Part shown: piece by piece, positions 28,002-36,733 of the stretch
Numbering within the stretch: position 1 is the stretch's first letter
Layout: every line of letters begins with the position of its first letter
Assembly: GCA_050250375.1 (NCBI GenBank)
Contig: JBFWOS010000003.1
Location: 17,284-81,283 of the forward strand
From: Candidatus Omnitrophota bacterium
GTDB taxonomy: Bacteria; Omnitrophota; Gorgyraeia; Zapsychrales; Zapsychraceae
Direction of reading: 5' to 3'
Length of the DNA: 64,000 nucleotides
Notes under the pieces: generated by a model
Database searches by the model: none
Seen by the model: the letters and a program-made list of their open reading frames with translations, nothing else
Told to the model about the DNA's origin: nothing
Position numbers and translations under genes: made by a program

Positions 28002-29774
28002 TCAATTCTTAATTGATTGGTTAAATTGTTGTTTTAAAACTTCTAACTTGTTATAGTCTCCGGCATCTTCAGCCGCTTTAATTTTCTCTAACAACTCTTT
28101 TCGGTGGCCCTTAACGCGATCACTTTTAAGACGATTGATGCAATCACGATAAATTTTTCCTTTGTCACCGCTTATTACTTGTTCATCCGTCACAAGTCGT
28201 GTAATAAACCGGACAGTTTCCTGATCGTCAAAACTGTTGATCAACTCCAGACTATTGATGGCTCTTCCCTGACTGAATAAGTCAAACAACCGGGATATAA
28301 TGCTTCTGATCTTAGAATCATAGAAATCTTCTATATTCACATCTTTCTGCATTGATCGAATCAAATCATTTTCTTCCAGAAGCAATTTTAACAAACTGCT
28401 CTCAACAGCCCTTGGAGGGGTTTCCGTCTTTTTGGTTACAATATGTTCCTGTTGAACAGGCTTTCGTATCCCCTCTTGCAGCTTTTTTAATTCAGTTCCC
28501 AAAACAGATTCTGAAATACCCAGATTGACCGCCAATTGCTGTATATACCCGGCCCGTTTAACCGAATGAGTGTACCGGTTAATCGTCGGCAACATCTCAT
28601 CACAAATTTTAGCCTTGCCTTCGACCGATTGTGAATCGTATTTCATGCCAAGCTGCTGCAACTTATAATCGAATAAATTTTTTGATTCACTTATTTTTTG
28701 ACGAAAAAGTTCTATTCCATATTTTCGTATATAAGAATCCGGGTCTTCATCTTTGGCCAGACTGGCCACTTTCACGTTGATCCCTTCTTCTATCAGTAAA
28801 TCAAAACTTCGAATCATCGCCGCTTCGCCGGCTTTATCATTATCATAGAGCATGATGACGTTTTTCGTAAAACGCCTCAAATTTCTTATCTGCTGTTGCG
28901 TCAGCGCCGTCCCGAGTGAGGCGACAATATTCTCATACCCCGCCTGCTGGGGCATGATGCAATCCATATATCCTTCCACGATCACCACGAAATCATTCTG
29001 CGTCACCGCTCCCTTGGCTAAATCAAACCCGTATAAATACTCACCTTTAGTGTAAACATCCGTTTCTGGCGAGTTGATATATTTTGCCCCGGTATTTTCC
29101 TGTGTCCGCGCTCCAAAGGCACGAATCCTAGATTGCGTGTCAGCGATCGGAAAAATAATCCGGTTACGAAAACGGTCATAATATCCTTCTCTATTGTCAC
29201 GGGCGATAATCAGGCCGGCCTGTTCCATAACGCCTAGAGTAATCTCTTTCGGCCTTAAATGCTGCATCAGCCCGTCCCATTGATCAAGGGCAAAACCCAA
29301 TTTAAATCTCTTGACGGTTTCCAACGTTACACCGCGCTGTTTTAAATATTCACGCGCCTGTGCAACATCCGCGCTTTTATCAGAGAGCAAAATATCATGG
29401 TAATAGGCCGCCGCAAGTTCATTCGCCTGAAAAATAATTTCTCTGTTACTTTTCTGGCCGCCCCCACCTGAGATGTCTCTTTCCGGGATATCAATTCCAT
29501 GTTTTCTGGCCAAAAATCTAACCGCTTCCGGGAAATCCAGCCGTTCCATTTGCATAACAAATGAAACAACATTACCGCCGATCCCGCTGGAAAAACAGTG
29601 GAATATCTGTTTGTCCGGGCTGACAACAAATGAAGGGGTCTTTTCATGGTTAAACGGAGACAACCCTTTAAAGTTACGCCCGGCCTTCTTTAACGTGACA
29701 TAGTTTGATACAATTTCAACAATGTCACTCCGGTCAATCACCTGTAAAATTATTTCTTCTGGGATCAGCGGCAT
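28002..29774 (-). CDS. dnaG: DNA primase
   Basis: SPFNHEKTPSF (Zn-finger cysteines partly replaced by Ser), DRFRNRIIFP, KYINSPET, VEGYMD, DPDSY. Confidence 0.97.
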   Translation of the reverse strand: MPLIPEEIILQVIDRSDIVEIVSNYVTLKKAGRNFKGLSPFNHEKTPSFVVSPDKQIFHCFSSGIGGNVVSFVMQMERLDFPEAVRFLARKHGIDIPERDISGGGGQKSNREIIFQANELAAAYYHDILLSDKSADVAQAREYLKQRGVTLETVKRFKLGFALDQWDGLMQHLRPKEITLGVMEQAGLIIARDNREGYYDRFRNRIIFPIADTQSRIRAFGARTQENTGAKYINSPETDVYTKGEYLYGFDLAKGAVTQNDFVVIVEGYMDCIMPQQAGYENIVASLGTALTQQQIRNLRRFTKNVIMLYDNDKAGEAAMIRSFDLLIEEGINVKVASLAKDEDPDSYIRKYGIELFRQKISESKNLFDYKLQQLGMKYDSQSVEGKAKICDEMLPTINRYTHSVKRAGYIQQLAVNLGISESVLGTELKKLQEGIRKPVQQEHIVTKKTETPPRAVESSLLKLLLEENDLIRSMQKDVNIEDFYDSKIRSIISRLFDLFSQGRAINSLELINSFDDQETVRFITRLVTDEQVISGDKGKIYRDCINRLKSDRVKGHRKELLEKIKAAEDAGDYNKLEVLKQQFNQSIKN

Positions 29775-30727
29775 TATCGTTTGAACCTTCTAAATCCTGA
29801 ACACTCAATAATCTCAACCTTACCTTTTTTGACTAACTTATCTAATAATAAATTCATCCCTAAATTATCGCTGGCCATATGTCCGGCATTGACAACCTGA
29901 ATATGTTCCGCCCGAATACTCTTATAATGAGCCTCAGAATAATGCATCCCTAAAAGTGTATCAATCCCCAGTTGAGACATCCGGCCGAATACTTTGGCAG
30001 ACCCCTCGGTCCCGCCAGTCATATCAACGTAGATACGCCCCGCCTTAGAATTCTCTTTTCCAACTAAAATGCACGGTCCGGCCTTATTAAACGTCGCATC
30101 CACATATTCGGGCTCTTTCATCAGTAAATCAACCACATGCTTTAATGTTTTAGGTTTACAATGGTTCATCAATCTTTGTAGATAGGTGGTTACATGATTG
30201 TCTGCCGGTGTATGACAACACATCATCGGAATATCAAGTAATCTGGCGGTGTCGACACTACGTGTATGATTAGCGCTATGCAGTTTACGCGTGACTTCAT
30301 CAATCCTGGACTGCATCAGCTTTTGGGCAATGTTTTCTTCAATTCCGGCATTCATGAGAAAATCCGTCTGCATATGCATGACATCATATAAACCAGCTAA
30401 GGCATGTCCTTCGGGATGATGCGCTAAAATCAAATCAATTTCATCTCCACGATAAGACAACTGATCGGCCAGAACAACCTCAGCCGTATCTATGTCGATT
30501 CCGACCAAAATACGCCTTATCTCACGGTTAAGGTCACCATGTAAAATCCTTGTGTCGGCATAAGGATTTATAAAACTATCTTTATCAAAGAACTTTCTTT
30601 GCTGTTGGTTGGCAGAACGGTACTCTTTCTTCTTTTTTACAAAATACTGGCTTATTTGTATTCCTGTTCGGGGATCTGCCTTAATGCCTTCCCGCACCAA
30701 AAACTCATAAATATCACTTAGTTTCAA
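29774..30727 (-). CDS. NIF3-like dinuclear metal-centre protein
   Basis: NPYADTRIL, AHHPEG, HTPADN, DMTGGTEG, AGHMASDNLGMN. Confidence 0.85.
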   Translation of the reverse strand: MKLSDIYEFLVREGIKADPRTGIQISQYFVKKKKEYRSANQQQRKFFDKDSFINPYADTRILHGDLNREIRRILVGIDIDTAEVVLADQLSYRGDEIDLILAHHPEGHALAGLYDVMHMQTDFLMNAGIEENIAQKLMQSRIDEVTRKLHSANHTRSVDTARLLDIPMMCCHTPADNHVTTYLQRLMNHCKPKTLKHVVDLLMKEPEYVDATFNKAGPCILVGKENSKAGRIYVDMTGGTEGSAKVFGRMSQLGIDTLLGMHYSEAHYKSIRAEHIQVVNAGHMASDNLGMNLLLDKLVKKGKVEIIECSGFRRFKR

Positions 30728-31326
30728 TACAACCCCTCGTTCGGGACCAAGCTCTCATTTTCAGGTGCCTCTATTTCGACTTCGGGCGGAGAAATAATAT
30801 GATACACCCGGTCATTAAATTTTTCTTTCCGAAAAAGCGGCTTAACCACTCTTTCAAACGTAAAGCTATATGTCGCGATGGATACATTTTTAAAGACTGG
30901 GCTAGAGAAAGCTGATTTTACATCTCTGGAAACAATACCATTGTCGAACATAGCCAAAGCCAAATATACCAACCCGCAATACAAGAAACTTCGAAGTATA
31001 GATAAAGTTAAGCTACCCCATTTCTCAAGAAAATTAGGTGCATTGACCTTAAGTAATGCTTTCCATCCGCCTTGAGAAACAAAAAAAAAGAAAACTGTCA
31101 AACCTGCTAATAAACAAAAAGCAAAACTTTCTTGTATCAGATTTGGCACAAAAAAATGTTTTGCTAGATATACTCCAAAACCCAAAAAATAATGAAGCGT
31201 GATAAAAGTTGCTAATAATGCCCCTACAAAATGGTATATTTCGGACATAAAATCATTCTTTCTTGCCGAATACAAACCTTTTAAAAAAATAGCGGCCATT
31301 AAAATATCTGCCCAGTTAAAACTCAT
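30724..31326 (-). CDS. CvpA family membrane protein
   Basis: NWADIL start and four TMs. Start moved to 31326 (AGGA RBS) because the track's start lies inside the promoter. Confidence 0.7.
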   Translation of the reverse strand: MSFNWADILMAAIFLKGLYSARKNDFMSEIYHFVGALLATFITLHYFLGFGVYLAKHFFVPNLIQESFAFCLLAGLTVFFFFVSQGGWKALLKVNAPNFLEKWGSLTLSILRSFLYCGLVYLALAMFDNGIVSRDVKSAFSSPVFKNVSIATYSFTFERVVKPLFRKEKFNDRVYHIISPPEVEIEAPENESLVPNEGLY

Positions 31327-31367
31327 ATTTGATCCTATTTTCATTCCATATGAGGCTTGAGCGCTCA

Positions 31368-31396
31368 AGTATACCACACCGAAAAATGGGTGTCAA
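31368..31396 (-). promoter_or_regulatory. Sigma-70 promoter for cvpA-nif3-dnaG-rpoD
   Basis: TTGACA-17 nt-TATACT. Confidence 0.8.
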
Positions 31397-31483
31397 GGAA
31401 GCGCTTTCCTCATAAAAATTCCATAACATATTGTTATAAATAAACTTATGCTCTGATCAAAAATCATTTTAAATTAATGGATC

Positions 31484-31512
31484 TTGACAGCACCTCATTA
31501 CGGTGTTATCTT
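31484..31512 (+). promoter_or_regulatory. Sigma-70 promoter for the diguanylate cyclase
   Basis: TTGACA-17 nt-TATCTT with extended -10 TG. Confidence 0.65.
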
Positions 31513-31577
31513 TCAATTCATGAAAATTGAATTTAAGTCTGGTATTTTTTTGCGTTAAAATATAAAATATTTAATAT

Positions 31578-32747
31578 ATGAATAACTCAACAAAAACTGA
31601 CAATTTAAACGACTTACAACTAAACCGGGCCCAAAAAGACTTAAAAATGCTCTATGACATCAGTAATGCGATGCGTACGACGTTAGAGCTTGAATCTATA
31701 CTCTATATTATCCTAACGAGTGTAACGGCCCATTACGGATTAGGTTTCAACCGAGCGATTTTATTTCTTGTGAATTCCAAAGATCGCTGCCTAGAGCCAA
31801 AAATGGCCATCGGACCTGATTCTTTGGAACATGCCCAGAAAATATGGGATTACATTGCCGAACAAAAATATCATTTGGATGATCTTATTAAAGAAGACAG
31901 TATCAGTAACAAAAAACATTCAAGCCTTTTTAAATCCGTCCAAAATCTGAAAATTCCGCTCAATACAGAAACGGAGAATATATTGGCCCACGTCTATCAT
32001 AAAGGGGCCCCGCTACATCTGGATAAAGATCAAATAGAACAATATAAAAATGACCCTTTATTACAGCAGTTCAACACGAATGACTTAGTGGTGATGCCTT
32101 TAAAAGCCAAAGATACGGTCAATGGCATCATTGTGGCGGACAACCTCTATACCCCAAAATCCATTTCCGAGGATGACTTAAGAATGTTCATGATGTTATC
32201 CAACCAAGCTGGATTAGCGATCGAGAATTCTCAGCTTTATGAAAAAATTAAACATAAAAGTTATACCGATTCACTAACCGACGTGTTCAACCATGGATTT
32301 TTTCAGGACAAATTAAATGAAAGCATTAATTCGGCCACTAAAACTAATCAGAATTTAAGCTTAATGATACTGGATATTGATGATTTTAAGAGACTCAATG
32401 ATGAATTCGGACATCAGACAGGCGACCTCGTTTTGAAAATTGTCGCCTCAATCCTAAAAAATTCTTCCAGAGAAAAAGATTATGTTTGCCGTTACGGCGG
32501 TGAAGAATTCGCCATCATCCTAACCGACACGAATAAAAAACAAGCCTATACAATAGCGGAACGCATCCGGAATAATATTGAATCTTATAAATTCGAAAAC
32601 TTACCACATAATTACAAGATCACCGTCAGCATTGGTTTGTCCTCTTACCCGGAAGACGAGGACAATAAGACCGCCCTGATCGCTTTAGCCGACAAGGCCA
32701 TGTATGTTGCTAAGTTCTCAGGAAAAAATCGGACCTGCGTTCATTAG
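31578..32747 (+). CDS. GAF-GGDEF diguanylate cyclase
   Basis: GFNRAILF GAF domain; TDSLT, DIDDFKRLNDEFGHQTGD, I-site REKD, RYGGEEF. Confidence 0.93.
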   Translation: MNNSTKTDNLNDLQLNRAQKDLKMLYDISNAMRTTLELESILYIILTSVTAHYGLGFNRAILFLVNSKDRCLEPKMAIGPDSLEHAQKIWDYIAEQKYHLDDLIKEDSISNKKHSSLFKSVQNLKIPLNTETENILAHVYHKGAPLHLDKDQIEQYKNDPLLQQFNTNDLVVMPLKAKDTVNGIIVADNLYTPKSISEDDLRMFMMLSNQAGLAIENSQLYEKIKHKSYTDSLTDVFNHGFFQDKLNESINSATKTNQNLSLMILDIDDFKRLNDEFGHQTGDLVLKIVASILKNSSREKDYVCRYGGEEFAIILTDTNKKQAYTIAERIRNNIESYKFENLPHNYKITVSIGLSSYPEDEDNKTALIALADKAMYVAKFSGKNRTCVH

Positions 32748-35700
32748 ACCCCGGCAGGAATTTCTTCTGCAACTCTTTTCTTCTGCTCATCTGCAAACTT
32801 TACCGAAACGATCTTGGAGATTCCTGTTTCCGGCATGGTGATTCCGTACATCACGTCTGAACTGGCGATCGTTTTCTTATTATGGGTAATAACAATAAAT
32901 TGGGCAATCTTGGCAAAGTCTTGTAGGAGATAACTAAATCGGCCGACATTGGATTCATCCAGAGCGGCATCAATTTCATCGAGCACACAAAACGGTGACG
33001 GGTTAACTTTAAATACACCAAAAATAAGTGCGATCGCCGTCAATGTCTTTTCTCCACCGGAAAGAAGGCTGATATTTTGCAGCTTCTTCCCGGGAGGCCT
33101 GGCAATAATATCAATTCCCGACTCCAAAACATTCTCAGGATCCAACAAAAGAAGCTGGGCTTCACCGCCACCAAACAGCATCCTAAAATAAATCCGGAAC
33201 TCTTCGCTGACTTTTGTAAAAGTATCCATGAACATCTGCCGCGTAGAGCGGTTAATCTTGCTGATTGTACTCATTAACTGAGACTTTGCCTCCAAAAGGT
33301 CGGCCTGTTGTTGGGTAAGAAACTCGAAACGTGTTTTTAGTTCTTCGTACTCATCCATAGCATCAAGATTGACATTACCGTACGACTCGCAGCGCTTTCG
33401 TAATCGGCTCAATTCTTCCTCGATTTCTTCATAATTAAAGATTGGTTGTTCCTCCGTAACATCATTAACCTGGAGAAGGATTTCATCGTAATTAATGCGA
33501 TATGATTGAACCAATCGGTCTTTAATCCCCTTTTCACTGAAACCGAGCTCTTGTTCTGACATCTCTTTTTCGTGCAACCCGTGTTTTATTGATTCCGTTT
33601 CATCTTCAATACCGGTTAAATTCGAACGGATACTGTTTATTTTCTGTGTCATTTCATCTTTTTGGTTTCGGCAATCCCTGGCCAATTCTTCAATCGATTC
33701 TTTCTGGAGACGGAATTCATCGATCTTTGCGATCATCTCATCAATTTCCGCCTCGTATTTCTTTATCTTCGTATCCTGTTGGGATAACTCGTCATCAATC
33801 TTTTTCATTTCTTCCAACCAACTATCCAGCGCCTCGGTGAACATTTTCAAATTTTCCTGCTGGTCATGAATCTTGCTCTGTTCAGAATGGATTTCCGCTT
33901 CCACCTGGGCGATAACAACTATAATTTCCTCATGTTCCTGCGCTTTTGCATTAATGTGCCCTTGTTTATCTTTAATATCACGCTGGCACCATTGGATCTC
34001 CTGATGGATCGATTCCATTTCAAAATTATACTCTTCTTCTTTTTTCTTTGATGAGCCTAAGGTAATATTCACCTCAGTCATTTCGACATCAACCGTTGAA
34101 AGCTCCTCAATTAATTTCTTGGATCCTTCCGAAATATCACCTTTTTGGGCTTCCAGGACAGACCGGGTTTTTTCCTTCGCATATATCTCATCCTCAAATT
34201 CTTGCAGCACTTCTTTCTCAACGGCCAAATCCCCTTCAATCGTCTTTTTTGTCGTCACCAGAGCGGTGATTTCGTGGACAATCCCTTCAATTTGTAAAAC
34301 CAATTTCTGCAAATCAAGCTCAATAAACTTGGCTTCACAGGTGATTTCATACTTTTGTTTTCGCGGGGGTTCGGTCTTTCTGTTAAAATCAAAAAAAGAC
34401 GGCGGAAGTGTTTGTTCGAGAGGAAGGACTTCTTTCACTTTGCCAATAATCCCTGTATGGTGCTGTTGGGGTTTTGTTTCCACAATCAATCGTCCCTCTA
34501 TAATCGGGTCGGGCATCCCTTCATATTGAGTCGTCATACGTTCAATGAATTCTTTTTGAGATCTTAAAAAAACGCACTCTTTTTCTTTGGTATTGATAGA
34601 CTCGTTAACCTGCTCCAGCCGGGTTATCAATGCATTAATCGCAATCTCTTTTTTCTCCCTTTCAGCTTTTAAATCAAAAATTGACCCGTCAATGGTATTA
34701 ATCTGATACCCTATATTCTGCAGTTTTTGGTCAACTTCCTGTTTCTCGTTTGATACTTTCTCCAATTCCAATTCCAAACGTCGTTGCCGGGCCAAAGCGC
34801 CCTGTACTGTTTTCATAACATCCGTTAAATGGGCACGTACTTTTTCCTGGTTCACCATAAAAGAAAGGATTTTATCTTCATCATCCTTAATTCTTTGTTT
34901 CGATTCTTCTACCAGACTTTCAAGAGTGGCCAACGCTTGTTTTTTGTCTTTTAATATGTGTTTGTTTTCCTCACTGGCTTTTAATAATTGCTCAAGCGCC
35001 TGCTTAAAACCTTCGATCTTTTCCTGCTGGATCCGGCAACGGTCAATCAACTGAAGTTTTTGCTCTTTATACCGGATGCCGTTTTGGATCAACGTGTCGA
35101 TGCGTTCTCTGTTAAACCCGATCTGACGGTTATGAATATCCAACTGCCCATCAAGCTTTATCTGTTGGGAATTAATGTCATAAATCTGTTGTTCGATCTC
35201 AGTCAGAAAATTAATTTCATTACTGAGGACTTGAGAAAGTTCATTGTGCTCGGCGATTAAACCCTGCAGTTTTGTTTTCAGGTCGGCGATTTCTTTTTGA
35301 ATGGCTTCCTTTTTCTGGGTAAAATGACCCATTTGGTACCGGGCCATTTTAATTTCTAAATCTTTTAGTTTCTCGAATTCTTCTTTATATTTGCGGGCCT
35401 TATTCGCTTGACGTTCAATCGATCCGATCTGACGCTTGACCTCAATCGTAATATCATTCACACGCAACAGATTGTCCTCAGTACTCTGGAGTTTGCCGAG
35501 GGCTTCTTTTTTCTTGGCCTTATATTTAGTGATTCCCGATGCCTCATCAAAAATCGCACGCCTGTCTTCGGGTTTTGCGCTGACGACCAAATCAACCTTC
35601 CCCTGCTGGACAAGAGAATATGCCGCCGAACCGATACCTGTGCCCATAAACATTTCCTGAATATCCTTTAACCTAACAATAGTCTTGTTAATCAAATATT

Positions 35701-36031
35701 CACTTTCTCCCGATCGGAACAGCCGGCGCGTTACGGTGACTTCATCATATTCAATAGGAAGGACTCTTGAATGGTTGTCAAACGACAGGCTGACTTCCGC
35801 TAATCCCAGGGCAGGCTTAGTCTGCGTGCCGTTAAATATAATATCTTCTTTGGCTGAACCGCGTAATTGTTTGATGCTTTGCTCGCCTAGTACCCAACGG
35901 ATTGAATCAAAAATATTGCTTTTCCCGCACCCGTTCGGACCAACAATCGCGGTAATTCCTTCTTCGAAGTTAAGAATTGTTTTTTCGGCAAATGATTTAA
36001 AACCGAAGATCTCTAACTTCTTAAAATACAT
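32744..36031 (-). CDS. smc: Chromosome segregation ATPase SMC with non-canonical short hinge
   Basis: GFKSF, GPNGCGKSN Walker A, QQG Q-loop, LSGGE, LDEIDAALD, ITH; two long coiled coils. Confidence 0.95.
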   Translation of the reverse strand: MYFKKLEIFGFKSFAEKTILNFEEGITAIVGPNGCGKSNIFDSIRWVLGEQSIKQLRGSAKEDIIFNGTQTKPALGLAEVSLSFDNHSRVLPIEYDEVTVTRRLFRSGESEYLINKTIVRLKDIQEMFMGTGIGSAAYSLVQQGKVDLVVSAKPEDRRAIFDEASGITKYKAKKKEALGKLQSTEDNLLRVNDITIEVKRQIGSIERQANKARKYKEEFEKLKDLEIKMARYQMGHFTQKKEAIQKEIADLKTKLQGLIAEHNELSQVLSNEINFLTEIEQQIYDINSQQIKLDGQLDIHNRQIGFNRERIDTLIQNGIRYKEQKLQLIDRCRIQQEKIEGFKQALEQLLKASEENKHILKDKKQALATLESLVEESKQRIKDDEDKILSFMVNQEKVRAHLTDVMKTVQGALARQRRLELELEKVSNEKQEVDQKLQNIGYQINTIDGSIFDLKAEREKKEIAINALITRLEQVNESINTKEKECVFLRSQKEFIERMTTQYEGMPDPIIEGRLIVETKPQQHHTGIIGKVKEVLPLEQTLPPSFFDFNRKTEPPRKQKYEITCEAKFIELDLQKLVLQIEGIVHEITALVTTKKTIEGDLAVEKEVLQEFEDEIYAKEKTRSVLEAQKGDISEGSKKLIEELSTVDVEMTEVNITLGSSKKKEEEYNFEMESIHQEIQWCQRDIKDKQGHINAKAQEHEEIIVVIAQVEAEIHSEQSKIHDQQENLKMFTEALDSWLEEMKKIDDELSQQDTKIKKYEAEIDEMIAKIDEFRLQKESIEELARDCRNQKDEMTQKINSIRSNLTGIEDETESIKHGLHEKEMSEQELGFSEKGIKDRLVQSYRINYDEILLQVNDVTEEQPIFNYEEIEEELSRLRKRCESYGNVNLDAMDEYEELKTRFEFLTQQQADLLEAKSQLMSTISKINRSTRQMFMDTFTKVSEEFRIYFRMLFGGGEAQLLLLDPENVLESGIDIIARPPGKKLQNISLLSGGEKTLTAIALIFGVFKVNPSPFCVLDEIDAALDESNVGRFSYLLQDFAKIAQFIVITHNKKTIASSDVMYGITMPETGISKIVSVKFADEQKKRVAEEIPAGV

Positions 36032-36054
36032 GGGCTGGGTATCCTCTCAATTTT

Positions 36055-36315
36055 TTATTTATGATTAAGAATCTCGGTTACGACCTTAACCGTCTCATTC
36101 AAATTTATAAATTTGGCCAATGATTCTTCAGGAATAACAATCCGGTACTTTTTCTCGATGCTGGCCAGTATTTCAAGCGCCATCATAGAATCCATACCCA
36201 AATCTTTAACAAAATGTGCATCGTTTTTTATTGTATTTGAATCTTCTTCCAAAATCTCGGCGACGAGAGCCCGGACTTCTCTTTCAACATCTAAATACTT
36301 ATCTTTACTTAACAT
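36055..36315 (-). CDS. Acyl carrier protein (atypical)
   Basis: DLGMDSMMALE phosphopantetheine-Ser motif; AAGGAAGG RBS; start 36315 (or GTG 36321). Confidence 0.9.
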   Translation of the reverse strand: MLSKDKYLDVEREVRALVAEILEEDSNTIKNDAHFVKDLGMDSMMALEILASIEKKYRIVIPEESLAKFINLNETVKVVTEILNHK

Positions 36316-36330
36316 CGGCACCCTTCCTTG

Positions 36331-36498
36331 TTATTGACTTTCGAGCCAGGCGTCAATTCTTTCCTTTTTAAAACGCCATTGTCCGACCGTTTTGATCGCA
36401 GGAATTTTTCCCTTTTTCAGCCATTCATAAATTGTCCGTTTTTTGACTCGCAGATAATCGGCCACCTCATCAATTGTCATAATCTCTTGATTCAACAT
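36331..36498 (-). CDS. Excisionase/BldC-like (HTH_17) small DNA-binding protein, 55 aa
   Basis: Below the ORF-track cutoff. Translation: MLNQEIMTIDEVADYLRVKKRTIYEWLKKGKIPAIKTVGQWRFKKERIDAWLESQ. Confidence 0.9.
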   Translation of the reverse strand: MLNQEIMTIDEVADYLRVKKRTIYEWLKKGKIPAIKTVGQWRFKKERIDAWLESQ

Positions 36499-36548
36499 AT
36501 TATAAACACTTTAAATTAAATAGGTTATCTTCCCCCGACATAATGAAC

Positions 36549-36577
36549 AATTTATTACAGCCACATAGGCTTGTCAA
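36549..36577 (-). promoter_or_regulatory. Putative sigma-70 promoter for HTH-ACP-smc
   Basis: TTGACA-17 nt-TAAATT. Confidence 0.55.
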
Positions 36578-36670
36578 TGGAATTTCCCTTTTTTTCATTC
36601 TTTAACCTGAATATGTGTTTTCTCTCCATTTTCTGAAATTCCTACAGTAAATCAACTAATATCTTCCAGA

Positions 36671-36710
36671 ATGTTACATAACATGACATTTAATGACATG
36701 TTAATCATAT
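36671..36710. repeat. Four 10-bp-phased imperfect direct repeats with overlapping palindromes
   Basis: ATGTTACATA|ACATGACATT|TAATGACATG|TTAATCATAT; inverted repeat TAACATGACATT-T-AATGACATGTTA (1 mismatch) at 36679-36703. Confidence 0.55.
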
Positions 36711-36733
36711 ATTACTTAAATTTTTTTGTAATT

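Noticed and set aside
32744-36031. SMC as a Wadjet JetC, MukB or Rad50/SbcC protein
   Set aside because: Head motifs are of the canonical Smc type; there is no CxxC zinc hook at the apex and no jetABD, mukEF or sbcD neighbour.
36331-36498. HTH gene as a prophage/ICE excisionase
   Set aside because: No integrase, att repeat or phage genes nearby; embedded among housekeeping genes.
36328-36519. 63-aa plus-strand ORF
   Set aside because: Antisense to the HTH_17 gene, which has a clear family signature.
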